Shown piece by piece: positions 35,915 to 48,444 of a stretch of 64,000 nt of DNA. The notes below the pieces were generated by a model. The model made no database searches. It was given only the letters and a program-made list of their open reading frames with translations, and was not told the DNA's origin. Source of the stretch: Callorhinchus milii (Eukaryota); contig NW_024704743.1 of NCBI RefSeq assembly GCF_018977255.1, positions 27,096,001 through 27,160,000 of the forward strand, read 5' to 3'. Each line of letters begins with the position of its first letter. Position 1 is the stretch's first letter. A program made the position numbers and the translations under genes.

Positions 35915-38403
35915 AAACCACCTTGATTTCAATCTTGATATAGACTGGGAAAACCAAATTGGCAAAAGTAAATTAGAGGATGAGGTTATAGAATGCTTTA
36001 GAGATAGTTTTCTAGAACAATATGCTGAGGAACCAACCAGGGAACAGGCTATCCTAGGACTTATTTTGTGTAATGAAATAGGGCTAATCAACAATCTGGA
36101 AGATAAGGCTCCTCTATGGTAGAGTGACCATAACATGATGGAATTTAACATTAAGTTAGAGAGTGATACAGTTGAATCCGAAGCAAGGGTCTTAAATCTA
36201 AATAAACCCAACTTTGCAGGTACGAGAGAAAATTTGGCTAATATAGACTGGGAAATTAGATTAAAAAATATGACGTTAGACCAGCAACAGCAAAAGTTTA
36301 AAGATATATTACATAATTCCCAGCAATCACACATTCCTTTGAAAAACAAAAATACCACGGGAAAAGTAGTTCAACCTTGGCTAATGAGAGAAGTTAGGGA
36401 AAGTATAATATTAAAAGAAGAGGCCTATAATACTGCCAAAAAGAACAGTAAACACGAGGAATGGGAGGGCCCCAGAGATCAGCAAATGAAAACTAAGAAA
36501 CTAATTAAGAGGGAGAAAATGGAATATGAGGGTAAACTAGCTGGGAACATAAAGATAGATTGTAAGAGTTTTCACAAGTACACAAAGAGGAAGAGACTTT
36601 CAAAAGTGAATGTGGGTCCATTGCAGGCAGAGACAGGAGAAATTAAAATGGGGAATAAAGAAATGGCAGAGTCATTAAACAAATATTTTGCTTCTGTCTT
36701 CATATTAGAGGACATTGAAAACTTACTGAAAATAGAGGGGAACCTGGAGGCTAATGTTAGTGAGGAACTTAAAGAAATGAACATCAGTAAAGCAATAGTA
36801 CTAGAGAAAATGATAGGATTAAAAAAGGGTAAATCCCCTGGACTTGATGGCCTGCATCCTATGGTTTTTTAAGGAGGTGGTTGCAGAGATAGTGGATGCT
36901 TTTTTTTAGATCTTCCAAAATTCCCTGGATTCTGGAATGGTTTCCATTGATTAGAAGATTGCAAACTTAACGCCGATATTTAAGAAGGGTGGGAGACAAA
37001 AAATGGGGACCTATAGATCAGTTAGTCTGACATCGGTGGTAGGGAAAATTCTGGAATCCTTAATTAGGGACGTCGTCGTGGGGTACTTAGAAAATCATAA
37101 CATGATTAGGCAGAGTCAACATGGCTTTACGAAAGGGAAATTATGTTTAACAAATCTTATAGAGATTTTTGAGGATGTAACTAATGGGTTAGATAGGGGG
37201 AAACCAGTAGATGTAGTGTATTTGGATTTCCAGAAGGCATTCGACAAGGTGCCAAATAAAAGTCTATTACATAAGATTAGAGCCCATGGAATTAAAGGAA
37301 ATATATTAGCATGGATTGGAGAGTGGATAATAATAAGAAAACAGAGAATAGGGATAAACGGGCCCTTCTCAGATTGCCAGGATGTTACTAGTGGAGTGCC
37401 ACAAGGATCAGTGCTTGGGCCTCAATTATTTACAATCTATATCAATGACTTAGATTAGGAAATAGAACTTAACATATCTAAACTCGCGGACGATATGAAG
37501 CTAGGTGGGAGAGTAAGCTGTGAGGATGACACACAAAGAATGCAAAGGGAAATAGACATGCTAGGTGAGTGGGCAAGAAGGTGGCAGATGAAGTATTACT
37601 TGGGGAAGTGTGAAGTTATTCACCTAGGTAGTAAAAATAGAAAAGCGGATTATTTTCTATAGGGGGAGAGACTAGGTAGTGTTAGTGTTCAGAGGGATTT
37701 GGGTGTCCTTGTACACCAGTCACAAAGAGTTAGTATGCAGGTACAGCAGGGAACTAGTAAGGCTAATGCCATGTTGGCATTCGTTGCAAAAGGGTTAGAG
37801 TACAAAAGTAGGGAAGTCTTGCTGCAGTTGTATAAGGCCTTGGTGAGACCGCACCTAATATATTGTGTGCAGTGTTGGCCTCCTTATTTAAGAAAGGACA
37901 TACTCGCCTTAGAGGGGGTGCAGCATGGATTCACTAGGATGGCTCCTGGGATGAGGGGGTTGACCTATAAAAATAGGTTGAGTGAACTAGGCCTATATTC
38001 TCTAGAATATAGAAGAATTAGAGGTGATCTTATAGAAACCTATAAGAACCTTAAGAGTCTTGACAGGGTAGATGCTGTGAGACTGTTTCCCCTGGTTGGA
38101 GACTCTAAAACTAGGGGTCATAGTCTCAAGATTAAGGCTCAGCCTTTTTTGAACTGAGTTGATGAAACAATCTTCACTTAGAGTGTATTGAATTTGTGGA
38201 ATTCTCCACCCCAGAAGGCTGTAGATCCTCAGTCCTTGAACATATTTAAGACTGAGGTTGATAGATTTCTAAAGGATAGAGGGATTAAGAGATATGGGTA
38301 TAGGGCGGGTAAATAGAATTAGGTTAGAAGGTCAGCCATGATCTTATTAAATGGCGGGGCAGGCTCTAGGGGCTGAATGACCTACTCCTGCTCCTACATC
38401 TTA
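35915..38403 (+). mobile_element. CR1 LINE, 5'-truncated ORF2 pseudogene (APE C-terminus and RT) with 3' UTR
   Basis: DFNLDIDW..EPTREQAIL and SDHNMMEF (endonuclease); KSPGLDGLHP, YRSVSLTSVVGK, DFQKAFDKVP, GVPQGSVLGP, LADD; stops and frameshifts; tail ggctgaatgacctactcctgctcct. Confidence 0.95.
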
Positions 38404-38715
38404 TAATAATAATAATCCTTGCATTTGATATAGCGCTTTTCACGTCGGGAGGACGTCCCAAACGCTTCACAGAACACACTGTAAAGTGAATTGACTATAT
38501 TTGTGGGCGAACGCGGCAGCCAATTGCGCAAAGCAATGTCCCACAAACAGTCGTAGATTGCAAATGACCAATTTATTATTGTCTTTGGTTTTTGGAAGGA
38601 TTATTATTAGGCGTGTGGAGTAAGGAAACTTGCCCAAGGTTTCGCCCTGCTGGGAAATGAACTCAGGTCTCTCGCTTGCAAAGCGAGTGCTCTAACCACT
38701 GAGCTACAGGACTCC
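38404..38715 (-). mobile_element. Young tRNA-Ala SINE short form, full length, tail-to-tail with the CR1
   Basis: Head to tail intact; tail gggacgtcctcccgacgtgaaaagcgct. Confidence 0.92.
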
Positions 38716-39309
38716 AATATCCAATAACTACTGAGCTACAGGATTTGATATCCTATCAAGTGCTTTGATAAATCCTCTTAATGTGAACAACAATGTAATT
38801 TTTGTTATTATTTTAATTTCAAATGCAATAAGAATTTTTAATAACTATTATTGCCACAGGATCCCTAAATTTTCTGACCAAGACCCATATCTTACTTACC
38901 CTATTTGTACTTTGTTTCTTTATGCCTGCAAAGCGAGTGCTCTAAACACTGAGCTACAGGACTCCACAAATGTCTTATGACAAACAGTGAGATCCAATGC
39001 ATTTACTTTGTTCAGTACATTTTAAAGTCACAGAATAGAATCATGGAATACTACAGCATAGAAGGAGGGCTTTCTGCCCATCGTGCCTGGGCCAGCTCTT
39101 AACTAATAAGTACCTTGATTCAAGCTCTTCCTTCTCTCCTTCCATTGTAATACATCCACTTTAGTCACTACTCCACGCTCTGAAACCGAAAACCCATCCA
39201 CACTATCCACTGCTGTCTTGATCCATTGGAATCATCCCCTTCCTGAACTCTCTGACTGCAGTTAAAACCTCACTTTTCCATATGATTTCTCATGTTCACA
39301 ATGTTGAAC

Positions 39310-39450
39310 AAGTAGATAATTATTTGTGGAGGAAAAGTTTGCAGGGCTATGGAGAGAGAGAGCGGGGGAGTGGTACTGATTTGGACAGCTCTTTTCAAAG
39401 AACCGGCATAGACACGATGGGGCGAATGGCCTCCTTCTGTGCTGTGATTC
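39310..39450 (+). mobile_element. CR1 3' UTR fragment (an opposite-strand fragment lies at 39035-39100)
   Basis: gcagggctatggagagagagagcggggg...gacacgatggggcgaatggcctccttctgtgctg. Confidence 0.75.
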
Positions 39451-39964
39451 CTCTTTAATGGTTTTAGCAAGACTTTAAGTAGCTGAAATACACTGTTTTC
39501 CTTGCTTCTCACTACAATTTTTCTCTTCACTATCTCAGGGGCAGTAACGTTGAGAGTTGCATTGAAATAAATGCTTTGGTTTGATTTCACAACAATACAC
39601 TCCTAATTACAAAGGAACGTTGAGTCCCCAAATCTCTTAATTTAGTCAGTCAGGTAACCTTTCATATTTTTTCCATACAAAATACACCATAGTTTTTTTT
39701 GTTCACTCAATGCCTGTTACATAAATTGCATTTTGATTTGTCCAAGGATGTTATAGCTGTAGGGCCAAAGCCTTAAGCTGGGACTTGTTCTAATGAAATT
39801 ATTTATTATGCAGACATTGCTTTGACCCAGATGCCAAAAGCAAAAGGAAAAAGTTGCAGAAAGTTCATGCACAAAACTTTTATTTTATACGTAGCTATAA
39901 TTAAGAAAGGAAACAACTGACTCCAGGTTACAGCAAACCGCAACTCTTCCTATGGAAAGCTGTG

Positions 39965-40392
39965 TGTCAGCAAGTTTGTAGCACTCTCGCATCTGAGTCA
40001 GAACTTTGTTGGTTCAAGTCCTATGTGGGGACTTAGAACTCATATCGTCTTAGCTGACAATGCAGTGCATGGGCTGTGCTGCAATTGTTGGAGGTGCGTG
40101 CTTTGGATGAGACATTAAACGAAAGCCCCTTCTTCCTGTTCAGGTAAATGTTAAAGATCCCAAGACACTATTCAAAAAGGGACAAGTTTTCCCAGTGACC
40201 TGCTCAACAACCCTCCAGTTAAATTGTTCATTTACTTCATGGCTGTGCGTGGGACATTGCTGTGCACAAATTGGCTGCTGCGTTAGCCTAGAAAATATGC
40301 ATTCAAAGCACTTTATTGCAGTTCCTGTGATATCCTTCGGGATGTCTCCTGGCATGAAAAGTGCTATACTAAATGTAAGGATTATTATTACC
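39965..40392 (+). mobile_element. DeuSINE, near full length
   Basis: gtagcactctcgcatctgagtcagaa head; ggatgagacattaaac..gttaaagatccc; tail. Confidence 0.85.
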
Positions 40393-40741
40393 ATTTAATC
40401 ACCTCAGACAAGGTAATTGTTCTGCTAATTTCTTCCTTGCTTAATAACTGTTGGGTGGAATTATCTGTCCCCCACTTTTTAAGTCAGTTTGGAAAATGGA
40501 TATTCTTTTCTCTTGTTTTTAAAGGTTCTCCTGTTCAGCATTGGCATATCTGAGATAAAAATCTTTTTTTGGACAACACAAACTGAATGCCTCACCTATC
40601 ATCTATCATCTCAACTTGATTCTTTACATTCACATTTTGAAAGTTCTAAGCACAGAACATAAAGTCCAACAACATTTGTTTTGAACAGCACCCAATAGAT
40701 CCCAGATCTGAATCTATCAGAATTGAAAAGCTAGGTGATAA

Positions 40742-41051
40742 TATTAATAATCCTTGCATTTGATATAGCACTTTTCACGTCTTCTAGATATCTCAAAGTG
40801 CTTCACAGAATATGCTGTAAAGTGAATTGACTATATATTTGTGGGTGAAACGTGGCAGCCAATTGCACACACACAGCAGTGTCCCACAAACAGTCATGGA
40901 TAAATTACCAATTTATTATTGTTTTGTTTTGGAGGGATTGTTATTAGGCGTGTGGAGTAAGGAAACTTGCCCAAGGTTTCGCCCTGCCTGGAATTGAACC
41001 CAGGTGTCTCGCTTGCAAGCGAGTGCTCTAACCACTGAGCTACAGGACTCC
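40742..41051 (-). mobile_element. tRNA-Ala SINE short form, full length (TAGAA-loop tail)
   Basis: Head ggagtcctgtagctcagtgg; tail cacgtcttctagatatctc on the plus strand. Confidence 0.9.
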
Positions 41052-41239
41052 ACGTCCATGTCCTGATGTAGCCAGAGAGATACCATTACTGTGGCACACC
41101 ACTAGGCCTCAAAAGATCCATCACAGATGAAAAACATTATTTAAAAAGTTAAGTGAGTTTCTCTTGCTATCCTGAACAGCATTCCCCCAGATAAAATTGG
41201 CTATTGCCTTAATGACACTTTACTAAATAAACACCTTAT

Positions 41240-41980
41240 TAAGCCAGTCCGGAACCTTGGCATCTTGTTTGACCCTCAACTATCCTTTCTACCTCACATC
41301 CGTGCCATGAACTGCTCTGCCTTCCCCCCACCTCCGCAACATCACCCTGCTCCACCATTGTCTCACACTGCAGGCCATCAAAACCCACATATACACATTC
41401 ATAACATCCAGGCTTGAGTTTGCAAACTCCTCGCTTGTCGGCCTCCCCAACTCCTCCCTCCATAGGCTGCGGATCATCCATGTTCTCTCTGGCACCAGGC
41501 TCCGTGACCCTATCACTCCCATCCTCGCCCAACTCCACTAGCTTCCCATCAACCAGAGGATACATTCAAGATCCTGGTCCTCACCTGCAAAGCCCTCCAT
41601 GGTCTTGCTTTCCCCTACCTCTGCAACCTCCTAACCCTCTACCAACCTGCCCACTCCCTCTGCTCAGCGGGCACCAACCTGCTTCATGTCCCCCGCCTCT
41701 CCCGCCCCACCATTGGCGAGCAAGCCTTCAGTCACTCTGCCCCCACCCTCTGAAATTCCGTCCTGCAGTCCCTCCACCTTGCCCCCTCCCTTGCCTCCTT
41801 CAACACCCATCTCAAGATCCTCCACTTCGACCATCCCTTCAATCACCCTCCTTCCACCCTGCCTTCTACCCTCCCTGATCCCAACAGCTAGCTTGGGTCT
41901 TAAACACTGACTGTTCAGCGCATTGGGATGTCATCCTGACTTGAAAAGTGCTTTACATATGTAATTTGTTGTTGTTGTTG
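41240..41980 (+). mobile_element. 5'-truncated L2 LINE
   Basis: aagccagtccggaaccttgg..tttgaccctcaactatcc..acatccaggcttgag; (TTG)n tail. Confidence 0.9.
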
Positions 41981-42764
41981 CTTTAGTCTACTCAACACAC
42001 AGTCACTAATTTCTACAACAACAACAAATTACATTAAATTGAAATAGGAAGGAGAAAGGCTGTCTAAAATAAATCCTGAGAAATATTTTCAGACTTGCTG
42101 TCGACATGATGAGGTTCTGTATCAAATGCAAGAATTATTGTTATTTTATTTTTAAATGATCTCCCATATTCCTTTGTTTTGCTGCTGTTTCTAAGGTTTC
42201 TCCTGTTCACTGTGTCTCCAGCCACATTTGTATTTGATTGGCACATTGTTCAAAGTGATAGTTTTGATGTTTTTTTTATTTTTTGCCTGTATACTTTCAT
42301 CAAATGAAATGAAAAGATGTAATACAATTAATAACTTGGAGAGGGAAATATTTGAACAACTTTATTGCTATCAGCGTAAAGGTGAAATCCCATGATAAAT
42401 TAAGATAGACGCTGATATCAGGTTAATATGTTTCTTTACCAAGCTAAGACGGCATAGTATAACAATTATAATATGCATGCAACTGCAGCGTGTAGCGCCA
42501 AACTATCAGGTGATCAAGTCTGCATTTGGCAAGAATTGGAATGTCAGCTTGCTTGCAGTAATCCTTTAACCAACAAGTCTGCTTGCTTATAGTATGCTCT
42601 TCTCCCTTCTTCCTAAAAATTCGATCTCCTTTATGCTTCTTTGAGTCAAACACACCAGTCTGATCTCATCAGTCCCAGGCTCTGAAACAATGCAGATTCC
42701 TTGGGACTGATTTCATCAATGAAAGGTTAACCTTATTACCTTCAATCACTATTCCTGGGCAGAA

Positions 42765-43052
42765 CAAAACCTTAGGCACTTGCGCCTCTGTTTACCTAGC
42801 AGTAAGTAGATTGTTAGTTGATTGGTGGATCGCTTTTCAGTGGGTAATAATCCCTTCAACATTTTTTAAAAAAAATAATTATTTGGTCACTCAATCCACA
42901 GGTGTTTGTGAAGCACTGCTCTGCGCTATTGGCTGCTGCATTTTGCCCACAAAATACACAGTCAATTCACTTTACAGTATATTCTGTGAAGTGCTTTGAG
43001 ATGTCTCAACAACGTGATAAGGTGCTATACCCAATGCAACAATTATTATTAT
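42765..43052 (+). mobile_element. tRNA/CORE-like SINE long form, headless
   Basis: gcctctgtttacctagcagtaagtag...gggtaataatccc; tail. Confidence 0.8.
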
Positions 43053-44393
43053 TGTTTTCTCTCCTGAAGGATTCTGGATTTTATAGTATGAGAAAGTGTA
43101 TGATATGATGAAGCATGATATGGAAAAATATAAGTTTCAAGATAGGCCGTCATTTTGAAACCAAACCATTACAGCAGCACAATGACTTCTGTAGACTTGA
43201 GTGGGTTAATAAAAATTATGTCTATTAGCTTGTCTTTCTGAACCAAGGTTGGTGTTATGTTAATCATCTTTAAATCCTAACTGTTCACAGATTAGAATTT
43301 TCTGGGTAAAAACATGATCACATATAATCTCTGATTCATTTTATAACCTTCCTGCACATATATGTCCTTGTAATGGTTGGAGGACTCCAGGGGAGGCATT
43401 ATTATTGAATGTTAATAATGACATTTTGGTTGACAGTAGTACTGTCAAGGGTAATATAAACATATTTTGACTGGAATGTATTACTGGTTTGGTATTTTGG
43501 TCACATTTCAGTTTATATACAGAGTAGGCAAATAAGACATTATGGCAGACATAGGAATTTCACTTGGACTAATACAAATAATGTCCAGCCTATCTTCTAA
43601 ATCATTCATTTTATATGGAAGAATGTAGCTCATACAAAGTAAACATTAGAAGGCAATAGAAAATATTAGTCATTCATCACGGGTCGTGCCGCAAGCGTTA
43701 GCAACTGTAATGGGTCTGTTATGTTATGCAATTTGTGCTGATTCAGCATGATTTTCACATCAAATCAATACAAACATAGCAGTATAGTAGAAGTTTAGTG
43801 ATGACCGTACCTGAGACAGAGGAGCAAGATGTGAGATCACCTTGGGGAGGCAAGCATACATCGGCTGGGTTTTGTGCAGGCTGAAGTATAATTGCAATCT
43901 GACTGCGGTGAGTAAAAAAGAGATGGTTAGACTTAAAAAAAATGAAAAATGTTCCTCAGTGTTTCACTGGACTATCCTCAAGGGTTTGAGTGTTTCTGGA
44001 GAGCCAGCCCTGTGTTTTTCTAGCTCTTTGATTTTGTTAAATATTAAGCAGCATTTCTGAACCAGTTATTTGCAGAGCTCAATTTTCCTTGCACTCAGGC
44101 TAGGGTAAAAGCAATATATACTTGTCAGTACAACTGTCAATAAATATTGCTCCTCTCACATTTCTCTTCATTGTAGGTATTATATGGAATTAGTACTGTA
44201 CTGCTTGATCGGTGCTTCTTCAATGGGAACCTGTTATTTGGTTCATTATTTATTTGATGAAAAATGAAAAATAGAACAGTGCAATAATATAACGTTGCAT
44301 TCAAAAGTGAACGCATTCATTTTTTTGTTTCCTATAAGGTCGTATCCTACATTATGGTTGTCAGATGCCATGGTCTGTGACCCAGAAAACTAA

Positions 44394-44770
44394 TGTCAGC
44401 CTGGCTCGTTGGTAGCATTCTCGCCTCTGAGTCAGAAGGCTGTGGGTTCAAGCCTCATGTTGGGACTTTGAACTTGCATAGTCTCTGCTGATATTCTATT
44501 GTAGTGCTGGGGGTGCACAGCATTGTTGGAGGTGCTCTTGTACAGATGAAATGTTAAACAGATATCCCACCCTACATGTTCAGGCAGCTGTTAAAGATGC
44601 CATGGCACTCTTCAAAAAGAGTTTCTCCAACTGTGTTCTGACCAAGAATCCTCAGATAAAACTGATCATTTACTTCATGGTTGTTTGTTGGATATGCTGT
44701 GTGCAAATTGGCTGACATGTTTGCCTGCAAAATAAAGATTTCACAGTAATTCTTATGACACGCTTTCATA
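44394..44770 (+). mobile_element. DeuSINE
   Basis: cagcctggctcgttggtagcattctcgcctctgagtcagaaggctgtgggttcaag; Deu domain. Confidence 0.85.
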
Positions 44771-45384
44771 AGAATTTTTTCTCAGGGAGCACTGAGTTAT
44801 GATGCAAATAACTAGCTGGTGACCCCAGTTTTGGATCTGAAAAGTTAAGAGACGAGACATACAATGTTTTAGATTGTTTTCCCAGTCATTGAGAGGACCT
44901 TGTCAATCTTAAAAAACTTGCAGGTACATTGAACAATTTGGCTTGTGCGCCACTGTATAAATTTCAGACCATCTGCCCATTAACCAAAGCATGCAATAAC
45001 CTGTACAGAAAGACAGAAATCACATTGTTCTTGTGCCTTGAAGCACTTCCCAAGCAACTTAGTTCAAATGCAGTGACGGATTTTGTAGACAAACATGCCA
45101 GCCATTTGTGTCAGAAAAGTCCCACTAAGAAGCATGAAGTGAATTGTCAACTTATCTAGAGATATGTTATTCAGGACACTGTGAAATTAATTAGATCAGA
45201 AATACCTTTTTCATCCAAGCCTCTCTTTTATGTTCTTGTGATCTTTTATAAAATCTATCCTTAATATAATTTAAAAAATGAACTCCTTTTTGCAGTCCGT
45301 TGGGCAGCCTTTTAGTTGCAGTGGCAGATGTACTTGTATGCCTATGAGTAATCTCGTGTCTGGTGAGTTTATGTGTTAACAATC

Positions 45385-45722
45385 TCAGCTCTGACTCAGA
45401 AAGTTGTGTTTTCAAGCTCCACATGAGGACTAGACAGCTCACAGTTTGAATTAATGCTCAAGTGCAGTAATGGAAAGCACTGAATTAATAATAATTCTGA
45501 CATTTGCATTGTAGGATGAGATGCTAAACTGAGGCCCTGTCAGCCCATTCTGGTATGTCCCATGTGCCAATTAATGATGTACTAACATTATTCAAAAGAG
45601 AAGGTATTTTGTCTTGGACAACAATTCCGCAGATAAATTGATCATTCATTCCGTGGCTGTTAAGCATATGTTTTGCGGTCAAGTCGTTTGCCAGATTTGC
45701 CTACAATTTTACAGTCATTACA
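45385..45722 (+). mobile_element. Old DeuSINE
   Basis: ctctgactcagaaagttgtg; ggatgagatgctaaactgaggccc. Confidence 0.65.
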
Positions 45723-45724
45723 CT

Positions 45725-46056
45725 ACACTTGCCTTGCAAACAAGAGGACCTGGGTTTGATTTCCGGCAGGGCATAACCTTAGGCAACTTTCCTTACTCCA
45801 CACGCCTCTGTTTACCTAGCAGTAAGTAGAAACCTGGTTGTTAGTCGATTGACAGATAGCTTTCCAGGGGTAATAATCCCTCAAGAAATGTGGTCAATCA
45901 ATCCACGACTGCTTGTGCGGCACTGCTGTGCACAATTGGCTGCAGAGTTTCACCCACAAAATACACAGTCAATCCACTTTACAATATATTCTGTGAAGCA
46001 CTTTGAGACGTCTCGACGATGTGATAAGGCGCTATATCAAATGCAAGGATTATTAT
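45725..46056 (+). mobile_element. tRNA/CORE-like SINE long form
   Basis: gacctgggtttgatt..aaccttaggcaactttccttactccacacgcctctgtttacctagcagtaagtag; tail gagacgtctcgacgatgtgataaggcgct. Confidence 0.85.
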
Positions 46057-46257
46057 CCACCTTGCCCCCCATCTCTCCCCTCTCTCCCCTTTTTCAAGTC
46101 CTGCCTGAAAACTTTCCTCTTCGACCGAGCTTACAGCCACCTCCCACAACCCCCTCACAGCCCCACCCACTCCGGCTTGGAGTCAGGCTCTGTCACTGTT
46201 AAGCACTCTGAGACGCTACCCTGTGTGGAGTGTGCTATATAGATGCAAGTTGTTGTA
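46057..46257 (+). mobile_element. L2 3' end, second tail family
   Basis: ttcaagtcctgcctgaaaactttcctcttcgac; tail aagcactctgagacgctaccctgtgtggagtgtgctatatagatgcaagttgttg. Confidence 0.7.
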
Positions 46258-47236
46258 TTATTTACAGCAATTATATGTAAAGTGCTCGAATCACTTTGAC
46301 ATTATAGGTCCTGGTGATAATTTTTTTCCAATTGCAAGGATTCTTCTTCTGTTGCAGCTGTTACTTCAGCACACGCTGCTTGGGAAATGGGGTCAGGTTG
46401 TGGGGCAGGTTAGACCTGAGGTCTGTCTAGCTCATTAACTTGAACAATAGGATCCCTTCGGTGGGATGCAGGTGCGCAATAACCCTCACTCCTAATTCAT
46501 TTCGAATGAAATCAAACCTGTATTGTTTTGCAGAAAGCTGGTGGTGAATCAAATACTAATTGAACAATTCCATTACTGACAATAACAGACAAAGAAAGGA
46601 AGGCACCTTTCAATCAGGCAATGCAGAAATTACATTGGAGCTTCATACTCGGAATTCTTTGTCATTCTACTGAGGCCATGGAGTATTTGTTAATTAAATC
46701 TCTGAAATTGATGCACATCAGACCAATGTATGAAACTGACCCAACATCTTTAAATCTTTAAGGATGCCCTTCTTTTCAAAGCAATCATCTAGATATCATC
46801 ATCACTGATCCAAACCGGTAAAATCAGAAATAAAAATCAAAGCTGACAGCCGTTTAGAATCTGTGGAGTAATGCTGTCGGATGTGTATAGGTCGCTCTGT
46901 GTCTTCCACCTTTTGTTTGGGTTCACAGAGCGAGGCTGACTATGCCTGCGATCAGCCTGTTAGAGTGTCTCCATGGCTCATGGATTATGCAGGGAGTACT
47001 GTCTTTACTGTTAATCTTATCACTTTTGCTTGTTCTTTCAATCAGTATTGAGAGTAGATAGGCAAAGCATTGCAAATCGTATCATTTTATTGCACCTGAG
47101 TCCAAAATGACTCTATTTTCTCTGCTCTTGCTTCTGACTCTCACTGAACATTGTGCATATAGTTTATCCTGCATGCAAATCAAAAGTCAGTACTAATACA
47201 GATATTTGGCATTAGCTGTTCAGATTCCACATTCTT

Positions 47237-48330
47237 CAACAACAACAAAATTGCATTTGTAAAGCACCTTTCAAATCAGGAGGACATCCCAAGGCGCTGA
47301 ACAGACAGGGATCAGGACCTGAGCATGGGGGGGTGGGGGGCAGGGTTGGGACGAGGGAGGGCAGAGGGGGTAGGAGGGTGGCTGAGGGCACTGTCGAAAA
47401 GGAGTGTCTTGAATCATGCCTTGAAGGAGGCAAGAGAGTAAGCAAGGCAAAGAGATTGTGAGATGGAGTTCCAAAGAGTGGGGGAAGAGAGGTTGAAAGC
47501 CCGGCCGCCAATGGTAGGGCGGGTCGGGTGGGAGACCTGCTAGGCTGAGGGAGCAGACAGGTTGATAGGGTGTCAGCAAGTCAGAGACGTAGGAGGGGGC
47601 AAGGCCATGGAGGGCCTTGAAAGTGAGGATGAGGATTTTGAATGGGATAGGAAGCCAGTGGAGCCAGGCGAGGGTGGGGATGATGGGGTTCATGGAGCCT
47701 AGTACAGGAGACGACATGAGCTGCAGAGTTCTGTATGATCTGCAGCTTGTGGAGGGACAAGTTGGAGAAGGCGACAAGGAGGGAGTTTCCACAGTCAAGC
47801 CTTGAGGTGATGAATGCGTGTATGAGAGCTTCGGCGGCCTGAGAAGTGAGGCATTGGCAGTCGGGCAATGATGCGGAGTGGGGGAAGGCAGAGCGGGTCA
47901 TGGCATGGATATGTGGGAAGAAAGGACAGTTGAGGGTTGAACAAGACGCCCAGGTTCCTGAATGGCTTGGTGAGGTGGATTGTGCAACCGTGGACGCTGA
48001 TGCTGCCAGTGTCTGAGGTGCTGACGCGCTGGCCCAAGCTGATCAGGAGGGCCTCAGTCTTGCTGATATTCATCTGTAGAAAGTTGGCTCCTCTCATCCA
48101 GGACTTGATGTCAGACAGACAGTCTGTCAGGACGTCAGTTGTCCTGGAATCGAGGGTGGAGGCAGAGAGATAGAGTTGGGTGTCATCCGTGTATTTGGAA
48201 CAACTCTTTCAAGGACTTTCTAAAGAAAAGATAGGTTGGAGATGGGCCGGTAGTTAGAAGGCATGGGTCCAGGGATGGTTTTTACAGGATGGAGGCGATT
48301 GTAGCTATTTTTAGGGGGATGGGAACAATG
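47237..48330 (-). mobile_element. 5'-truncated L2 LINE
   Basis: ORFs ANFLQMNISKTEALL, ITSRLDCGNSLL and LHWLPIPFKILILTFKALHGLAPSY; (CAA)n tail. Confidence 0.92.
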
Positions 48331-48444
48331 ATAATAATGACATTTTAAATATGTGATAGTTGTCTAAGCACCCACTCAATTATTCTAATGCTAAATAATC
48401 AAGGAGTTTATTTATGAGAACTTAACATCAGAATTAGCTAGGCT

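Noticed and set aside
36135..38157. Three ORFs as an active retrotransposon or domesticated RT
   Set aside because: Broken by stops and frameshifts, 5'-truncated within the endonuclease, and the catalytic motif reads LADD.
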